NCBI GenBank assembly: GCA_022340245.1
Contig: JAJDOI010000022.1
Coordinates: 2,394 to 66,393 of the forward strand
From: Thiogranum sp.
Lineage (GTDB): Bacteria > Pseudomonadota > Gammaproteobacteria > DSM-19610
Length of the DNA stretch: 64,000 nt
Reading direction: 5' to 3'
The translations under genes were made by a program, and so were the position numbers. The first letter of the stretch is position 1, and each line of letters begins with the position of its first letter. The notes beneath the pieces are model-generated. The model did not search any database, was not told the origin of the DNA, and was given only the letters and a program-made list of their open reading frames with translations. Positions 21,011-30,159 of the stretch are shown here, in pieces.

Positions 21011-22120
21011 TCATGCCACTGCCGGCGCTTTGCGCTCGCGCACACCGCCCGCCCACCAGATCCGGCAGGCACCCTCGTCAGACACCATACAGGGACCGAT
21101 CGGACTGCGGGGTGTGCAGGCCAGTCCGTATAACTTGCATTCGTTGGGATAGATCTTGCCCAGCACTACGCGCGAGCAGTCGCAGCCCGCCGGCATTTCA
21201 CCGCTGTGCTTGCGTGCCGGGTCTTCGTAGGAGGGATACAGCTCACGGGCATTGTGCGCCGCAAGCCGGGGTTTAAGGGCAAAACCGGAAGCCGGTATGA
21301 CACCGACGCCACGCCAGTTGGCGTCCACGACATCCAGTGTTTCGGCCAGGCAGCGTTGTGCGGAGCGGTTACCGCCGGCGTGCACGACCTCCGGGTAGCA
21401 GTTATCGAGGAATCGCCGGCCTTCGCGCACCTGGCGCAGGGTCGAGTACATGGCGGCCAGCAGTGACACCGGCGTAAACCCGGCAACCGCTGCGGGAATC
21501 CCATAGTCGCGCACCACGAACTCCCACTCCTCCGCCCCCATCACGGTCGAGACATGGCCGGGGGCAATCAGGGCCTGGAAGCCTGCGTCTTCAGACGCCA
21601 GTAACATAGCCACCGCCGGCCAGGTCAGGCGCCCGGACAGCAACACGCTGAGGTTGTCCGGCACACCCTCGGCCAGCATGGCGGCCACCGGTGCTGTGGT
21701 GGTCTCGAAACCGGCGGCAAAGAACACCACCGGCCGCTTGGGGTTATCGCGCGCAAGGCCCATGGCTTCCGTCGGCGAGGCGACAGCGCGGATGTCGGCC
21801 CCCGCGGCGCGCGCCTGTTCCAGCGAACGGACAGCGCGTTTCGGCAGATTGACAGGGACCCGCAACATGTCGCCGAAAGCAGCCAGAATGATGTCCTCGT
21901 GGAGTGCCAGCTGCATGGCCTGATAGACATCTTCTTCGGGACAGACACAGACCGGGCAACCCGGGCCAGGGATCAGCTCGATATTGGCCGGCAGGGCGCC
22001 ACGCAGGCCGGCCATGGTTATGGCGCGTTCATGACCACCACAGACATTCATGATGCGCACCTTTCCCGGCAGCTCGAGGTCACGGATACGTCCCAGCCAC
22101 TGCTGTGCTGTCAATGACAC
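21011..22120 (-). CDS. hypD: [NiFe]-hydrogenase maturation protein HypD
   Basis: 369 aa with a GTG start. Motifs: MNVCGGHE, GPGCPVCV and a C-terminal Cys cluster (CTPRSPIGPCMVSDEGAC). Confidence 0.95.
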   Translation of the reverse strand: MSLTAQQWLGRIRDLELPGKVRIMNVCGGHERAITMAGLRGALPANIELIPGPGCPVCVCPEEDVYQAMQLALHEDIILAAFGDMLRVPVNLPKRAVRSLEQARAAGADIRAVASPTEAMGLARDNPKRPVVFFAAGFETTTAPVAAMLAEGVPDNLSVLLSGRLTWPAVAMLLASEDAGFQALIAPGHVSTVMGAEEWEFVVRDYGIPAAVAGFTPVSLLAAMYSTLRQVREGRRFLDNCYPEVVHAGGNRSAQRCLAETLDVVDANWRGVGVIPASGFALKPRLAAHNARELYPSYEDPARKHSGEMPAGCDCSRVVLGKIYPNECKLYGLACTPRSPIGPCMVSDEGACRIWWAGGVRERKAPAVA

Positions 22121-22122
22121 GC

Positions 22123-23028
22123 TCAGGTACCACCTTCGCCGGAGGCGATGGCATGCCCGTCAACAGCTTGATCATGAGTGTGGGCATGCAGACGGGTGCC
22201 GTGTGCAGTCGGGTCGACGGCGTGCAGGCGCACACCGTCAGGCTGGATCGCCGGCCGCAACGTCTCGTTGTGTTTTATCCGTTCGCGTTGCGCGTCCCGT
22301 TCCGTGCGCAGCCACGTCAGCCAGCTGTCAATGGCCTGCCCCGAAGTCGAGGACACCGGCAACAGCGGGGATTCACTCGCCAGTGCACGCAGATAGCGCT
22401 CGGCGCGTTCGGGTTTGAAGTCGGTCAGATACGGCAGCAGATCGGTTTTGGTCAGCAGCACCAGGTCGGCGGCACGGAACATGACCGGATACTTGGCGGG
22501 CTTGTCGTCGCCCTCCGGCACCGACAGCAAGGTAATGTTGCGGTGTTGCCCCAGGTCGAAGCTGGCCGGACACACCAGGTTGCCGACATTCTCGATAAAC
22601 AGGATGTCGACACCGTCCAGGTCCAGTTGATGCAGGGCGCTGTGCACCATGTGCGCATCCAGGTGACAGGCGCTGCCGGTAGTGATCTGCACGGCTTCGA
22701 CACCGCGCGCGCGAATGCGCTCGGCGTCGTTCTCGGTCTCCAGGTCGCCTTCGATGACGGCGATGCGGAACTCGCCACCCAGTGCCTCGATGGTGGCTTC
22801 CAGCAGGGTCGTCTTGCCGGCCCCTGGCGAGGACATCAGGTTAACGGCGAGCACGCAGTGACGATCGAAGTGCTCGCGATTGTGCGCGGCCTGGTGATCA
22901 TTCTCGCTCAATAGGCTTTTCAGTACCGTGATGGCCTCGCGACCATCGCCGGTGCGCGCCAACCGGCCATCGGCCCGTATCAGATGTTCGTTGCCCGGCG
23001 TGATATTACAGCCACAGGTATCACACAT
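22123..23028 (-). CDS. hypB: Hydrogenase nickel-incorporation GTPase HypB with an unusual C-terminal His-containing extension
   Basis: 301 aa with the N-terminal high-affinity Ni site MCDTCGC and the G-domain SSPGAGKTTLL. About 61 residues lie beyond the usual ...WLTWL end (RTERDAQ...LHAVDPTAHGTRLHAHTHDQAVDGHAIASGEGGT). Confidence 0.93.
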   Translation of the reverse strand: MCDTCGCNITPGNEHLIRADGRLARTGDGREAITVLKSLLSENDHQAAHNREHFDRHCVLAVNLMSSPGAGKTTLLEATIEALGGEFRIAVIEGDLETENDAERIRARGVEAVQITTGSACHLDAHMVHSALHQLDLDGVDILFIENVGNLVCPASFDLGQHRNITLLSVPEGDDKPAKYPVMFRAADLVLLTKTDLLPYLTDFKPERAERYLRALASESPLLPVSSTSGQAIDSWLTWLRTERDAQRERIKHNETLRPAIQPDGVRLHAVDPTAHGTRLHAHTHDQAVDGHAIASGEGGT

Positions 23029-23278
23029 GTTCGTCTCCGCTTGTCAGGGGAATATCCGCTGTGCCCAACGCCTCGTCGAACAGCTCCCAGGCCGAGCGCG
23101 CATCCTGCGGCGTCATCTTCTCGATCGCATAGCCGACGTGCACCATGACGAAATCACCGATCTCAACTGTGTCATTCTGCATCATGAACAGGCTGACGTC
23201 GCGTTCCACACCCTTGGCTTCACAATGGGCGTTGAACCCGTCGATGGCAGTGATCTTCATGGGTATGGCTAGGCACAT
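23021..23278 (-). CDS. hypC: Hydrogenase assembly chaperone HypC/HupF family
   Basis: 85 aa beginning MCLAIPMKI (essential Cys2). It overlaps hypB by 8 nt. Confidence 0.9.
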   Translation of the reverse strand: MCLAIPMKITAIDGFNAHCEAKGVERDVSLFMMQNDTVEIGDFVMVHVGYAIEKMTPQDARSAWELFDEALGTADIPLTSGDEHV

Positions 23279-23646
23279 GGTTGGGTTACCCCCTGTGGTT
23301 CCAGTTGTGATAGTTCAATATTCGCCAGCAGCATCTCGTCACCGCTGACCAGGCGCGTGCGGTAGTCACCGCAGGCGGCACACAGCAGTCGGTTGGGCCG
23401 GGCTTCCGAGACCGCGCCGCACGCTGTACATTCGACCTGCACCGGCGCAGCCTCGATCACCAGCTCGGCCGCTTCAGCCAGTGTACCACTTGCTGCCAGC
23501 GGCCAGGCGTGTTCCAGCAGCGACCCCTCGACACCCGACAACGGACCGAGCCGCAACACGATACGCTCGACGCGCACGGCTCTATGTTCCCGGGCAATGC
23601 GCTCTACCTGCTCCATGAGCGCGATACAGACCGAGAATTCGTGCAT
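23269..23646 (-). CDS. hypA: Hydrogenase nickel insertion protein HypA
   Basis: 125 aa: an MHE N-terminal Ni site (MHEFSVC) and a Zn site CTACG...CAACG. Confidence 0.9.
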   Translation of the reverse strand: MHEFSVCIALMEQVERIAREHRAVRVERIVLRLGPLSGVEGSLLEHAWPLAASGTLAEAAELVIEAAPVQVECTACGAVSEARPNRLLCAACGDYRTRLVSGDEMLLANIELSQLEPQGVTQPCA

Positions 23647-23649
23647 AGC

Positions 23650-24162
23650 CTAGATCTCCCGATCGCCGGCCGGCACCCACCGGCCGCGCAACAGGTCTCG
23701 CCTTGACAGCGGTCGGCGGGAACCCGCGCGATCCAGCACCGCACTCATCGGGTCGGCGTACTTACCTTCCGCCTCCGCCTGATACAGAAGCTGCAACACC
23801 TCGTCGGCCACCTGCTGCGCCGTGTCCTGATCAGCAAAATCCAGCACGGTAGAGAACAGCGCCAGGCTAAGATGCGGCTGCATGCCCGCCGGCAGGCTCA
23901 GTGTCAACGTGTAGGTTGCAGCCGGAAAGACGATCTCTACCCGGCTGCCGGGCGCCAGCCCACTCCAGCGGTCACCGTCGCCCGGCAACAGCACCAGGTT
24001 CATGCACCAGGGCGTAATCAATATACCGCTGCAGTGGCCGTCGCGTGGTGCAAAACCCCGCGCTTCGACCTGTAGCATGGCGTTGTATACCGGCAATTCA
24101 CGCATGCGCGGCTGCACGTTGTCGCGGTATACGGCCACCAGCCCGTCGAGAAGCTGCTGCAT
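23650..24162 (-). CDS. hupJ: HybE-family [NiFe]-hydrogenase assembly chaperone (HupJ/HoxT-like)
   Basis: The internal ATG at 24160-24162 gives 170 aa (MQQLLDGLVAVYRD...). The core GILITPWCMNLVLLPG matches the HybE ITPWM motif. The longer ORF would overlap the rubredoxin gene. Confidence 0.75.
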   Translation of the reverse strand: MQQLLDGLVAVYRDNVQPRMRELPVYNAMLQVEARGFAPRDGHCSGILITPWCMNLVLLPGDGDRWSGLAPGSRVEIVFPAATYTLTLSLPAGMQPHLSLALFSTVLDFADQDTAQQVADEVLQLLYQAEAEGKYADPMSAVLDRAGSRRPLSRRDLLRGRWVPAGDREI

Positions 24163-24167
24163 GGCGG

Positions 24168-24371
24168 TCAGTCGTCTGCCAGTAACAGAAACATGTCGCG
24201 GGCCGCGTCGCATTGCGGACAGCGCCAGTGATCCGGCAGGTCGCCAAAGGCCGTGCCCGGCGGGATCTGTTCGACCTCGTCGCCTTGAGCCGGGTCGTAG
24301 ACATACCAGCAGATCCGGCATTCCATGCGCGTGGCGGCGTCGATAGGGCCGGTCGCATTCACCGTATTCAC
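24168..24371 (-). CDS. hupI: Rubredoxin (HupI/HoxR-like)
   Basis: 67 aa: MECRICWYVYDP...WRCPQCD, with two CxxC pairs. A GTG start overlaps the upstream stop. Confidence 0.85.
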   Translation of the reverse strand: MNTVNATGPIDAATRMECRICWYVYDPAQGDEVEQIPPGTAFGDLPDHWRCPQCDAARDMFLLLADD

Positions 24372-25228
24372 CCCAGTTCCGTCCAGTAGGGTTCCAGCAA
24401 TTCAGCGAAACGCTGCCGCGAGTCATCCAGGTCCTCCTGCGCCGCACAGGCAACAGCCGGAATATCCGTAATTTCGAGCGTGTTCAGAATCTGGGTGCCC
24501 ATGGAGTTGGTATAGCGCACCCACCAGACGCCAGGGTATGCCGTACTGGTGATCTGGCAGTCACCGTAACCGCGTGACAGGGTCTCGACCGGCCCTGTGC
24601 CCAGCGTCTCGCCGAGAAAATGTATATCGCCTTCCGACAGCGGCAGCAGCGTGAGGTTGATCACATGTGCCAAGTCACCGGCTCGCCAGCCGGCGACGTG
24701 GTGCTGCAGTTCGCTCAGAATCGGCAGGGCGTTGATGACACCCTCCGGGGCGTTGTCCCGGGCAAGCGTGGTAACCGCCTCGGCCTGCGGCCGTCGGCGC
24801 GCCAGCACCGGGACGTCGCACACCTCGATCAGGTCACGGACAATGCAACCGGCTGCGTCCATGTAAAACGTGCGCCAGATACCGGCCAGCACCGATTCCT
24901 GCATGTTCACCGCGACACCCTCGTTGTATTTCAGGCTGACCTCGCCTTCACCCAGAATCTGGTTGACCAGTTCACGGTTGGCCGCGTCCAACGCCGAAAT
25001 GTCGGCAATCCACGGCTCTCCGCCCACCCGGTAGGCCGCAAGCGCCTGCCGCAGCCAGTCGGTCGCGGCTTTGGCGCCCTGCAGGTGCTGTATCTGCTCC
25101 GGTTCCGGCATGTCCGGCGCGCGGTAGCGGCTCATCTCGGTTGGCAGGGAAATGAAATCCAGGCGTGAACCGTCCTCTTCCGGCGGTTGACTGCCAAGCC
25201 CCGTAATAGTGACCGGTATGCTGTTCAC
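24368..25228 (-). CDS. hupH: Hydrogenase expression/formation protein HupH/HoxQ (HyaF family)
   Basis: 286 aa. Its position and size match HyaF/HupH, and its sequence (LDFISLPTEMSRY..., NQILGEGEVSLKY..., VWWVRYTNS) resembles that family as I recall it. Confidence 0.75.
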   Translation of the reverse strand: MNSIPVTITGLGSQPPEEDGSRLDFISLPTEMSRYRAPDMPEPEQIQHLQGAKAATDWLRQALAAYRVGGEPWIADISALDAANRELVNQILGEGEVSLKYNEGVAVNMQESVLAGIWRTFYMDAAGCIVRDLIEVCDVPVLARRRPQAEAVTTLARDNAPEGVINALPILSELQHHVAGWRAGDLAHVINLTLLPLSEGDIHFLGETLGTGPVETLSRGYGDCQITSTAYPGVWWVRYTNSMGTQILNTLEITDIPAVACAAQEDLDDSRQRFAELLEPYWTELG

Positions 25229-25264
25229 TGTAATTCTGCTCTCCTGACTGTTACTGTTGCCCGT

Positions 25265-25675
25265 TCAGGCGCTGACGACCGGCACCTTGAAGCCCTTCGG
25301 GTGCTGTATCTCGGCCGTCATCAGCTCGCCTATTTCGTGCAGATACTCCGACCAGTTCTGTATCCCGGTGATATTACCCAGGTAGCCGCCGTCGCGCAGA
25401 AACACCAGCGCCGGCCAGGCGGTAAACCCGTAGTGCTGTTGCAGAGTCGGTCCGGCGTCAGCCGCCACCACGCCCGGCTGCAGTACACCCCCGAAGGCCT
25501 TCACCAGTTCCGGCAGCACCACGGCCACATCGGTGGTATCGCGAAAACGCTTGGGGTCGCCGGCAAAGAACAGCACCGTGATGCCCGGTTGACTGACAAA
25601 GTTCTGGTGTGTCTCCAGCGTGACCTCCGGGTAACCGTAGTCGTCGTATAAGCGCTGAATGAGCGGATGCATCAT
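25265..25675 (-). CDS. hupG: Thioredoxin-like hydrogenase chaperone HupG/HoxO (HyaE family)
   Basis: 136 aa: MMHPLIQRLYDDYGYPEV...VLFFAGDPKRF...WPALVFLRDGGYLG, typical HyaE. There is a 4-nt overlap with hupD. Confidence 0.8.
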   Translation of the reverse strand: MMHPLIQRLYDDYGYPEVTLETHQNFVSQPGITVLFFAGDPKRFRDTTDVAVVLPELVKAFGGVLQPGVVAADAGPTLQQHYGFTAWPALVFLRDGGYLGNITGIQNWSEYLHEIGELMTAEIQHPKGFKVPVVSA

Positions 25676-26250
25676 TGCGACCGTCCAAGTTCGTAGCGGG
25701 TCATCGCCAGTTCACCCGGACCGGTGAGCTCGACAGACGCCAATGGCGTGACCCGTTCATGAAACGGCACCCCCCATTCCTGCAATACGGAACAGGCCAG
25801 CACAATGGCTTCAGGAATCCGCTGCCGGATGCCGTCGCGCAGACTGCCACCGTAATCGTCGAGTTGTTCCGGCTGCACACCGATCAGGGCCAGATGCTCG
25901 GGTTTTCCGTTCAACAGCCGGGCGGACGCCAGCACCTCCTGGAAACCGGTCTGGTGCATGCTTACCTTCTTGGCGCCCATGTACTGCGGTACGTCGTCAT
26001 CACGGATAAGGCGCAATTCACCGGCTGCCAGACCGTAATCGATGGCGTCGAAAATCAGCAGGCGCGAGACGGTGCTGACCCAGGGCAGCAGGAACAGGCC
26101 CTGGGTGCCACCGTCCATCAGGCGGACATTGTCACCGAATGCATAGCGGGCATTGAGCGCTTCGACACAGCGCACACCGAAACCCTCATCGGCCCAGAGT
26201 ATATTGCCGATTCCCAGAATCAGCGTATCGGTCTCGAGACACACGTCCAT
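25672..26250 (-). CDS. hupD: Hydrogenase maturation endopeptidase HupD/HoxM (HyaD family)
   Basis: The internal ATG at 26248-26250 (an ATGA overlap with the hupC stop) gives 192 aa: TLILGIGNILWADEGFGVRCVE...LMDGGTQG...HQTGFQEVL. Confidence 0.9.
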   Translation of the reverse strand: MDVCLETDTLILGIGNILWADEGFGVRCVEALNARYAFGDNVRLMDGGTQGLFLLPWVSTVSRLLIFDAIDYGLAAGELRLIRDDDVPQYMGAKKVSMHQTGFQEVLASARLLNGKPEHLALIGVQPEQLDDYGGSLRDGIRQRIPEAIVLACSVLQEWGVPFHERVTPLASVELTGPGELAMTRYELGRSQ

Positions 26251-26957
26251 CAGGGCTGGTCGTCCTTGAACAGGCGCCAGCCGCCGATCATGGTGCTGAC
26301 ACTGCTTTCGCGGCCGATGATATCGGCGCGCACCGCCATGTAGATATGAATGATGACGAACACGAGCATGATCCACATCCCCATGTCATGCCAGTTACGA
26401 GTCGCCTGCTCCCCACCCAGCAGCGGAATGATCCAGCCGAAACCCTGGTCCGCCCAGCTGCCTTCCCCCAGACCCTGGCCGTAAAGTGCAAAACCGGTGC
26501 CGATCATGAAGAAGGTCATCAGCGTGTTGAGGAAGAACATCGCTGTCTGCGCCAGCGGATTGTGCCCCAGCGTCTTGTGCTGTTTGCGGATCAGGAACAG
26601 GTAGAAACCGAGTTCGTAGAACAGGTCTTTCCACCAGTCCGCGCGCCAGAACGGCAGATAGAAGATCTCCCGCGAGAAGCGGTTGCCGACCAGCGCCCAG
26701 TAGATGCGCACCGCAAACCCGATGGCGAAGACATAGGCCGCGATAAAATGAATCAGCCGGATGTTGCCCATCAGGAAATGATCGCTGGGTATCCCTATCG
26801 GTGATGGCAGGGGGTCGGCGATCAGATACCCGGTTACCGCCAGGGTCAGGAAGCTGAAGGTGTGCAGCCAGTGCCACAGACGCACCGGGGCTTCGAACAC
26901 GTACACGGCCTTCTGGTTGGCTGGATCGTGCGGGCCACTTGCCACATTGCTGTTCAT
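26250..26957 (-). CDS. hupC: Ni/Fe-hydrogenase b-type cytochrome subunit (HupC/HoxZ/HyaC)
   Basis: 235 aa with four predicted TM helices and conserved His residues (RLWHWLH, IRLIHFIAAY, HNPLAQ, NWHDMGMW...IHIYMA). Confidence 0.9.
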   Translation of the reverse strand: MNSNVASGPHDPANQKAVYVFEAPVRLWHWLHTFSFLTLAVTGYLIADPLPSPIGIPSDHFLMGNIRLIHFIAAYVFAIGFAVRIYWALVGNRFSREIFYLPFWRADWWKDLFYELGFYLFLIRKQHKTLGHNPLAQTAMFFLNTLMTFFMIGTGFALYGQGLGEGSWADQGFGWIIPLLGGEQATRNWHDMGMWIMLVFVIIHIYMAVRADIIGRESSVSTMIGGWRLFKDDQP

Positions 26958-26974
26958 GTCGCTGTACTCCTTCG

Positions 26975-28762
26975 CTAGCGGACTTTGACAATCGCCAGTT
27001 CCTCACCGTCCGGCGCCATGACGTGGGTCGCACAGGCCAGGCAGGGATCGAAACTGTGAACGGTACGCAGGATCTCCAGCGGCTGCTGAGCGTTGGCCAT
27101 CGGCGTACCCAGCAGTGCCGCCTCGTAGGCGCCGATATTGCCCGCCGGATCGCGCGGCGACGCGTTCCAGGTGGTCGGCACCACCGCCTGGTAGCTCTCG
27201 ATTTTCGTGTCCTTGATGTGTACCCAGTGTCCCAGTGATCCGCGCGGCGCCTCGACGTGACCCACGCCCTTGGCATCAGCCGGCCAGGTGTTGGGTTCCC
27301 ACAGGTCCATGTTTGACGTGGCCGTGTCTCCGGCCTTGAGGTTGGCCAGCATATTGTCGAACACCTCACGCATCTTGTGCGCCGACCAGGAACACTCCAG
27401 TCCCCGCGCAGCGGTGCGCCCGAGTGTGGAAAACAGCGCCGTCAGCGGCAGTCCGAGGTCATGCAACAGACCGTCTACCTGTTCCTTGATCTCTTTATCA
27501 CCGCGCGCATAGGCCACGACGTAACGCGCCAGCGGACCCACTTCCATGGCGTTGCCACGCCAGCGCGGCGCCTTGACGAACGAATACTTGGCATCTTCAT
27601 CGATCTCTTTGATATCGGTCTTGGTACCTTTCGAATTCGGACCCAGTTCAAAGTCCGGCTCGGTGATGCCGTCCCACGGATGCAGGCCCTTGCTTTCATC
27701 CGGATACTTGTACCAGGAATGCGCCACGAACTCCTGGATCTGCTCCGGGTCGCGCACATCCACCTCGTGCACCTTGGACAGGTCACCGTTGATAATGGCG
27801 CCGCCCGGCAGATACATGTTGTCCTGCGACCAGTCGTTGGCGACGCGGGGGAAATCGCCATAGGACATCAGGTTCTTGCCTGACAGGCCGCCGCCGTAGT
27901 TGGTCCATTCGGTGTAGAACGAGGCAATGGCCTTGAGATCCGGGATGTACACCTGGTCGACGAAATCAATGGACCGGTCGATGATGGACGACACCAGGTT
28001 GAGCCACTCCATATTGATGGCGCCGGTTTCGTTCAGACTGAATGAGCACGGCATACCGCCGACCACCCAGTTCGGGTGCGGGTTGCGACCACCGAAGATG
28101 GTGTGGATCTTGACGATCTCGCGCTGGAAGTCGAGCGCTTCGAGGTAGTGCGTGACCGCCATCAGGTTGGCCTCGGGCGGCAGCTTGTAGGCCGGGCTGC
28201 CCCAGTAGGCGTTGGAGAACGGCCCCAGCTGGCCGGATTCGACAAAGCGCTTCAGGCGCGCCTGGGTGCCACGGAAGTAACCCGGCGAGGATTTTGGCCA
28301 CTTGGAAATGCTCTGTTGCAGCGCCGAAGTGGCCTTGGGATCGGCCTTCAGCGCACTCACCACATCAACCCAGTCGAGTGCATGCAGGTGATAGAAATGC
28401 ACCAGATGATCCTGGGTGTATTGTGCCAGCATCATCAGGTTGCGGATGTGGTTGGCATTTTCGGGAATCTGGATGCCCAGGGCATCCTCCACGGCGCGCA
28501 CCGAGGCCAGGGCGTGCACGCCGGTACAGACACCGCAGATACGTTCAGTGAACGCCCAGGCGTCACGCGGGTCGCGCCCCTTGAGAATGACTTCCAGGCC
28601 GCGCCACATGGTGCCGGTAGACACGGCGTTACGGATCACATTTTCGTCGTCGAGGTTGACCTCGATGCGCAGATGGCCTTCAATGCGGCAGATCGGATCG
28701 ACCACCACGCGTTGCCCGCCGGTGTCGAGTTTAAAGCCGTTGGCAGTGACGGTCTCAGTCAT
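26975..28762 (-). CDS. hupL: [NiFe]-hydrogenase large subunit (group 1, membrane-bound uptake type)
   Basis: The ATG at 28760-28762 gives 595 aa. Motifs: [14 protein letters not shown], the N-terminal Ni ligands [11 protein letters not shown] and the C-terminal DPCLACATH, followed by a 15-residue cleavable extension [15 protein letters not shown] (26978-27022). Confidence 0.97.
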   Translation of the reverse strand: MTETVTANGFKLDTGGQRVVVDPICRIEGHLRIEVNLDDENVIRNAVSTGTMWRGLEVILKGRDPRDAWAFTERICGVCTGVHALASVRAVEDALGIQIPENANHIRNLMMLAQYTQDHLVHFYHLHALDWVDVVSALKADPKATSALQQSISKWPKSSPGYFRGTQARLKRFVESGQLGPFSNAYWGSPAYKLPPEANLMAVTHYLEALDFQREIVKIHTIFGGRNPHPNWVVGGMPCSFSLNETGAINMEWLNLVSSIIDRSIDFVDQVYIPDLKAIASFYTEWTNYGGGLSGKNLMSYGDFPRVANDWSQDNMYLPGGAIINGDLSKVHEVDVRDPEQIQEFVAHSWYKYPDESKGLHPWDGITEPDFELGPNSKGTKTDIKEIDEDAKYSFVKAPRWRGNAMEVGPLARYVVAYARGDKEIKEQVDGLLHDLGLPLTALFSTLGRTAARGLECSWSAHKMREVFDNMLANLKAGDTATSNMDLWEPNTWPADAKGVGHVEAPRGSLGHWVHIKDTKIESYQAVVPTTWNASPRDPAGNIGAYEAALLGTPMANAQQPLEILRTVHSFDPCLACATHVMAPDGEELAIVKVR

Positions 28763-29846
28763 GGCTGTCGCCTCCCTTGTTGTTGTCCTTCGTATGGCTG
28801 ATGACCGACGCCGCGGCATGCGCCGCGACACCAACGACTGCGGCGCCGGCCAGTACCGCGCCGATCTTGTCGGCGCGGGACTCGACCTGCCCGACCACGT
28901 TGAGGTCGGTCACCGCACTATAGAACGAACCGCGGTCCCAGAAATTGTCCTCGGAGCAGCCCAAGCAACCGTGCCCGGATTTCACCGGCCACGAAAGACC
29001 GCCGTTCCACTCCACCGTCGAACAGGCGTTATGCGTGGTCGGCCCCTTGCAGCCCATCTTGTACAAACAATAGCCCTTGCGCGCGCCTTCGTCGTCGAAG
29101 CGCTCGACGAACTGGCCGGCGTCGAAATTCGCCCGCCGGTAGCACTTGTCGTGATTGCGCTGGCTATAGAACATTTTCGGCCGCCCCTGGCGGTCGAGTT
29201 CAGGAAAGCGGTCGAACGTCAGCATATAGGTAATGACACCGGTCATGACTTCCGCGATCGGGGGACAACCCGGCACCTTGATGACCGGCTTGTCGGTGAT
29301 GACTTTATGGATGGGCGTGGCGCGCGTCGGGTTGGGCTTGGCCGCCTGCACACAGCCCCAGGAGGCGCATGAACCCCAGGCGATGATGGCCTTGCAGTGG
29401 CTGGCCATGCGGCGCAGTTTTTCGACATAGGGCTTGCCTCCCTGGATGCAGTACATGCCATCTTCGTTCAGCGGTGGATTGCCTTCGCAGGCGAGAATAA
29501 AGTTGCCATCGTACTTGGCGATGGTCTGCTCGAGGATTTCCTCCGCCTGGTAACCGGCCGCGGCCATCAGGGTGTCGTCGTAATCCAGCGAAATCATCGA
29601 CAGGATGACATCGGCCGCCAGCGGGTGTCCCGAGCGGATAAAGGATTCGGAGCAACAGGTGCATTCCAGACCGTGCAGCCAGATGACCGGCGTGCGCGGC
29701 TTGGTCTCCAGCGCATAGGCGATCTTGCCGGCGAACTCCGGCCCCAGACCGAGTCCGGCGGCGGTGAGACTGCAGAATTTCAGGAAGCTGCGGCGTGTAA
29801 TGCCATGCTCGCGCATGGCTTCATAAAAGGTCTGCTGGATACCCAT
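28755..29846 (-). CDS. hupS: [NiFe]-hydrogenase small subunit with Tat signal and C-terminal membrane anchor; six-Cys proximal-cluster signature
   Basis: 363 aa with a GGAGGAG ribosome-binding site. The Tat motif is TRRSFLK (29778-29798). If the mature N-terminus is LETKPRTPV, Cys17/19/20 lie in [11 protein letters not shown], Cys115/120 in GSCASWGC and Cys149 in VPGCPP. The C-terminal helix is [21 protein letters not shown]. Confidence 0.97.
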   Translation of the reverse strand: MGIQQTFYEAMREHGITRRSFLKFCSLTAAGLGLGPEFAGKIAYALETKPRTPVIWLHGLECTCCSESFIRSGHPLAADVILSMISLDYDDTLMAAAGYQAEEILEQTIAKYDGNFILACEGNPPLNEDGMYCIQGGKPYVEKLRRMASHCKAIIAWGSCASWGCVQAAKPNPTRATPIHKVITDKPVIKVPGCPPIAEVMTGVITYMLTFDRFPELDRQGRPKMFYSQRNHDKCYRRANFDAGQFVERFDDEGARKGYCLYKMGCKGPTTHNACSTVEWNGGLSWPVKSGHGCLGCSEDNFWDRGSFYSAVTDLNVVGQVESRADKIGAVLAGAAVVGVAAHAAASVISHTKDNNKGGDSHD

Positions 29847-29926
29847 GGCAACGTTCTCCTCCGAACGAGTGGCGCCGTACAGTCATCCTTCCACTGTACG
29901 CAAGACAATTCTTCTTGAAGCGGTAT

Positions 29927-29954
29927 GGCCACCGTGAGTATAGCCACCAATATG
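29927..29954 (-). promoter_or_regulatory. Candidate sigma-70-type promoter for hupS (gTGACg-N16-TATACT on the minus strand)
   Basis: Read directly on the reverse complement. It lies about 80 nt upstream of the hupS ATG at the edge of a strongly AT-rich stretch (29940-30040). The hexamer match is weak. Confidence 0.25.
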
Positions 29955-29987
29955 TCTACGTCACTAGAAAATAGAATAAATTAGTTG

Positions 29988-30004
29988 ATTCATATCAAGC
30001 TATC
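29988..30004. promoter_or_regulatory. Palindrome agctat-N5-atagct in the AT-rich hupS / ratA-like divergent intergenic region; possible operator
   Basis: Read directly: agctatcagtaatagct. I recognised no matching regulator motif. Confidence 0.2.
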
Positions 30005-30159
30005 AGTAATAGCTAATATTTTAAACAACCAAGTGCGCCTCTGATCAGCTCTATCCGGACTTCTCCAGCGACCGATGCAGGTCCGTAGTAATGAAATGCT
30101 CTTGCGGCAGGGCTGCCTTGGCTTAACAATTCATTAACTTTGGAGGCCCCCGGGTACCC

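Noticed and set aside
23650-24453. Full 267-aa ORF as a single rubredoxin-overlapping gene.
   Set aside because: Its first 97 codons are Arg-rich nonsense that overlap the well-supported rubredoxin gene in another frame. The HybE-like homology starts at the internal ATG (24162).
29847-29926. Possible sigma-54 (-24/-12) promoter upstream of hupS, as in some hup/hox operons.
   Set aside because: The only TGG...GC candidate (tggccataccgcttc on the minus strand) places GC 9 nt after GG instead of the required 12, so it does not fit TGGCAC-N5-TTGC.
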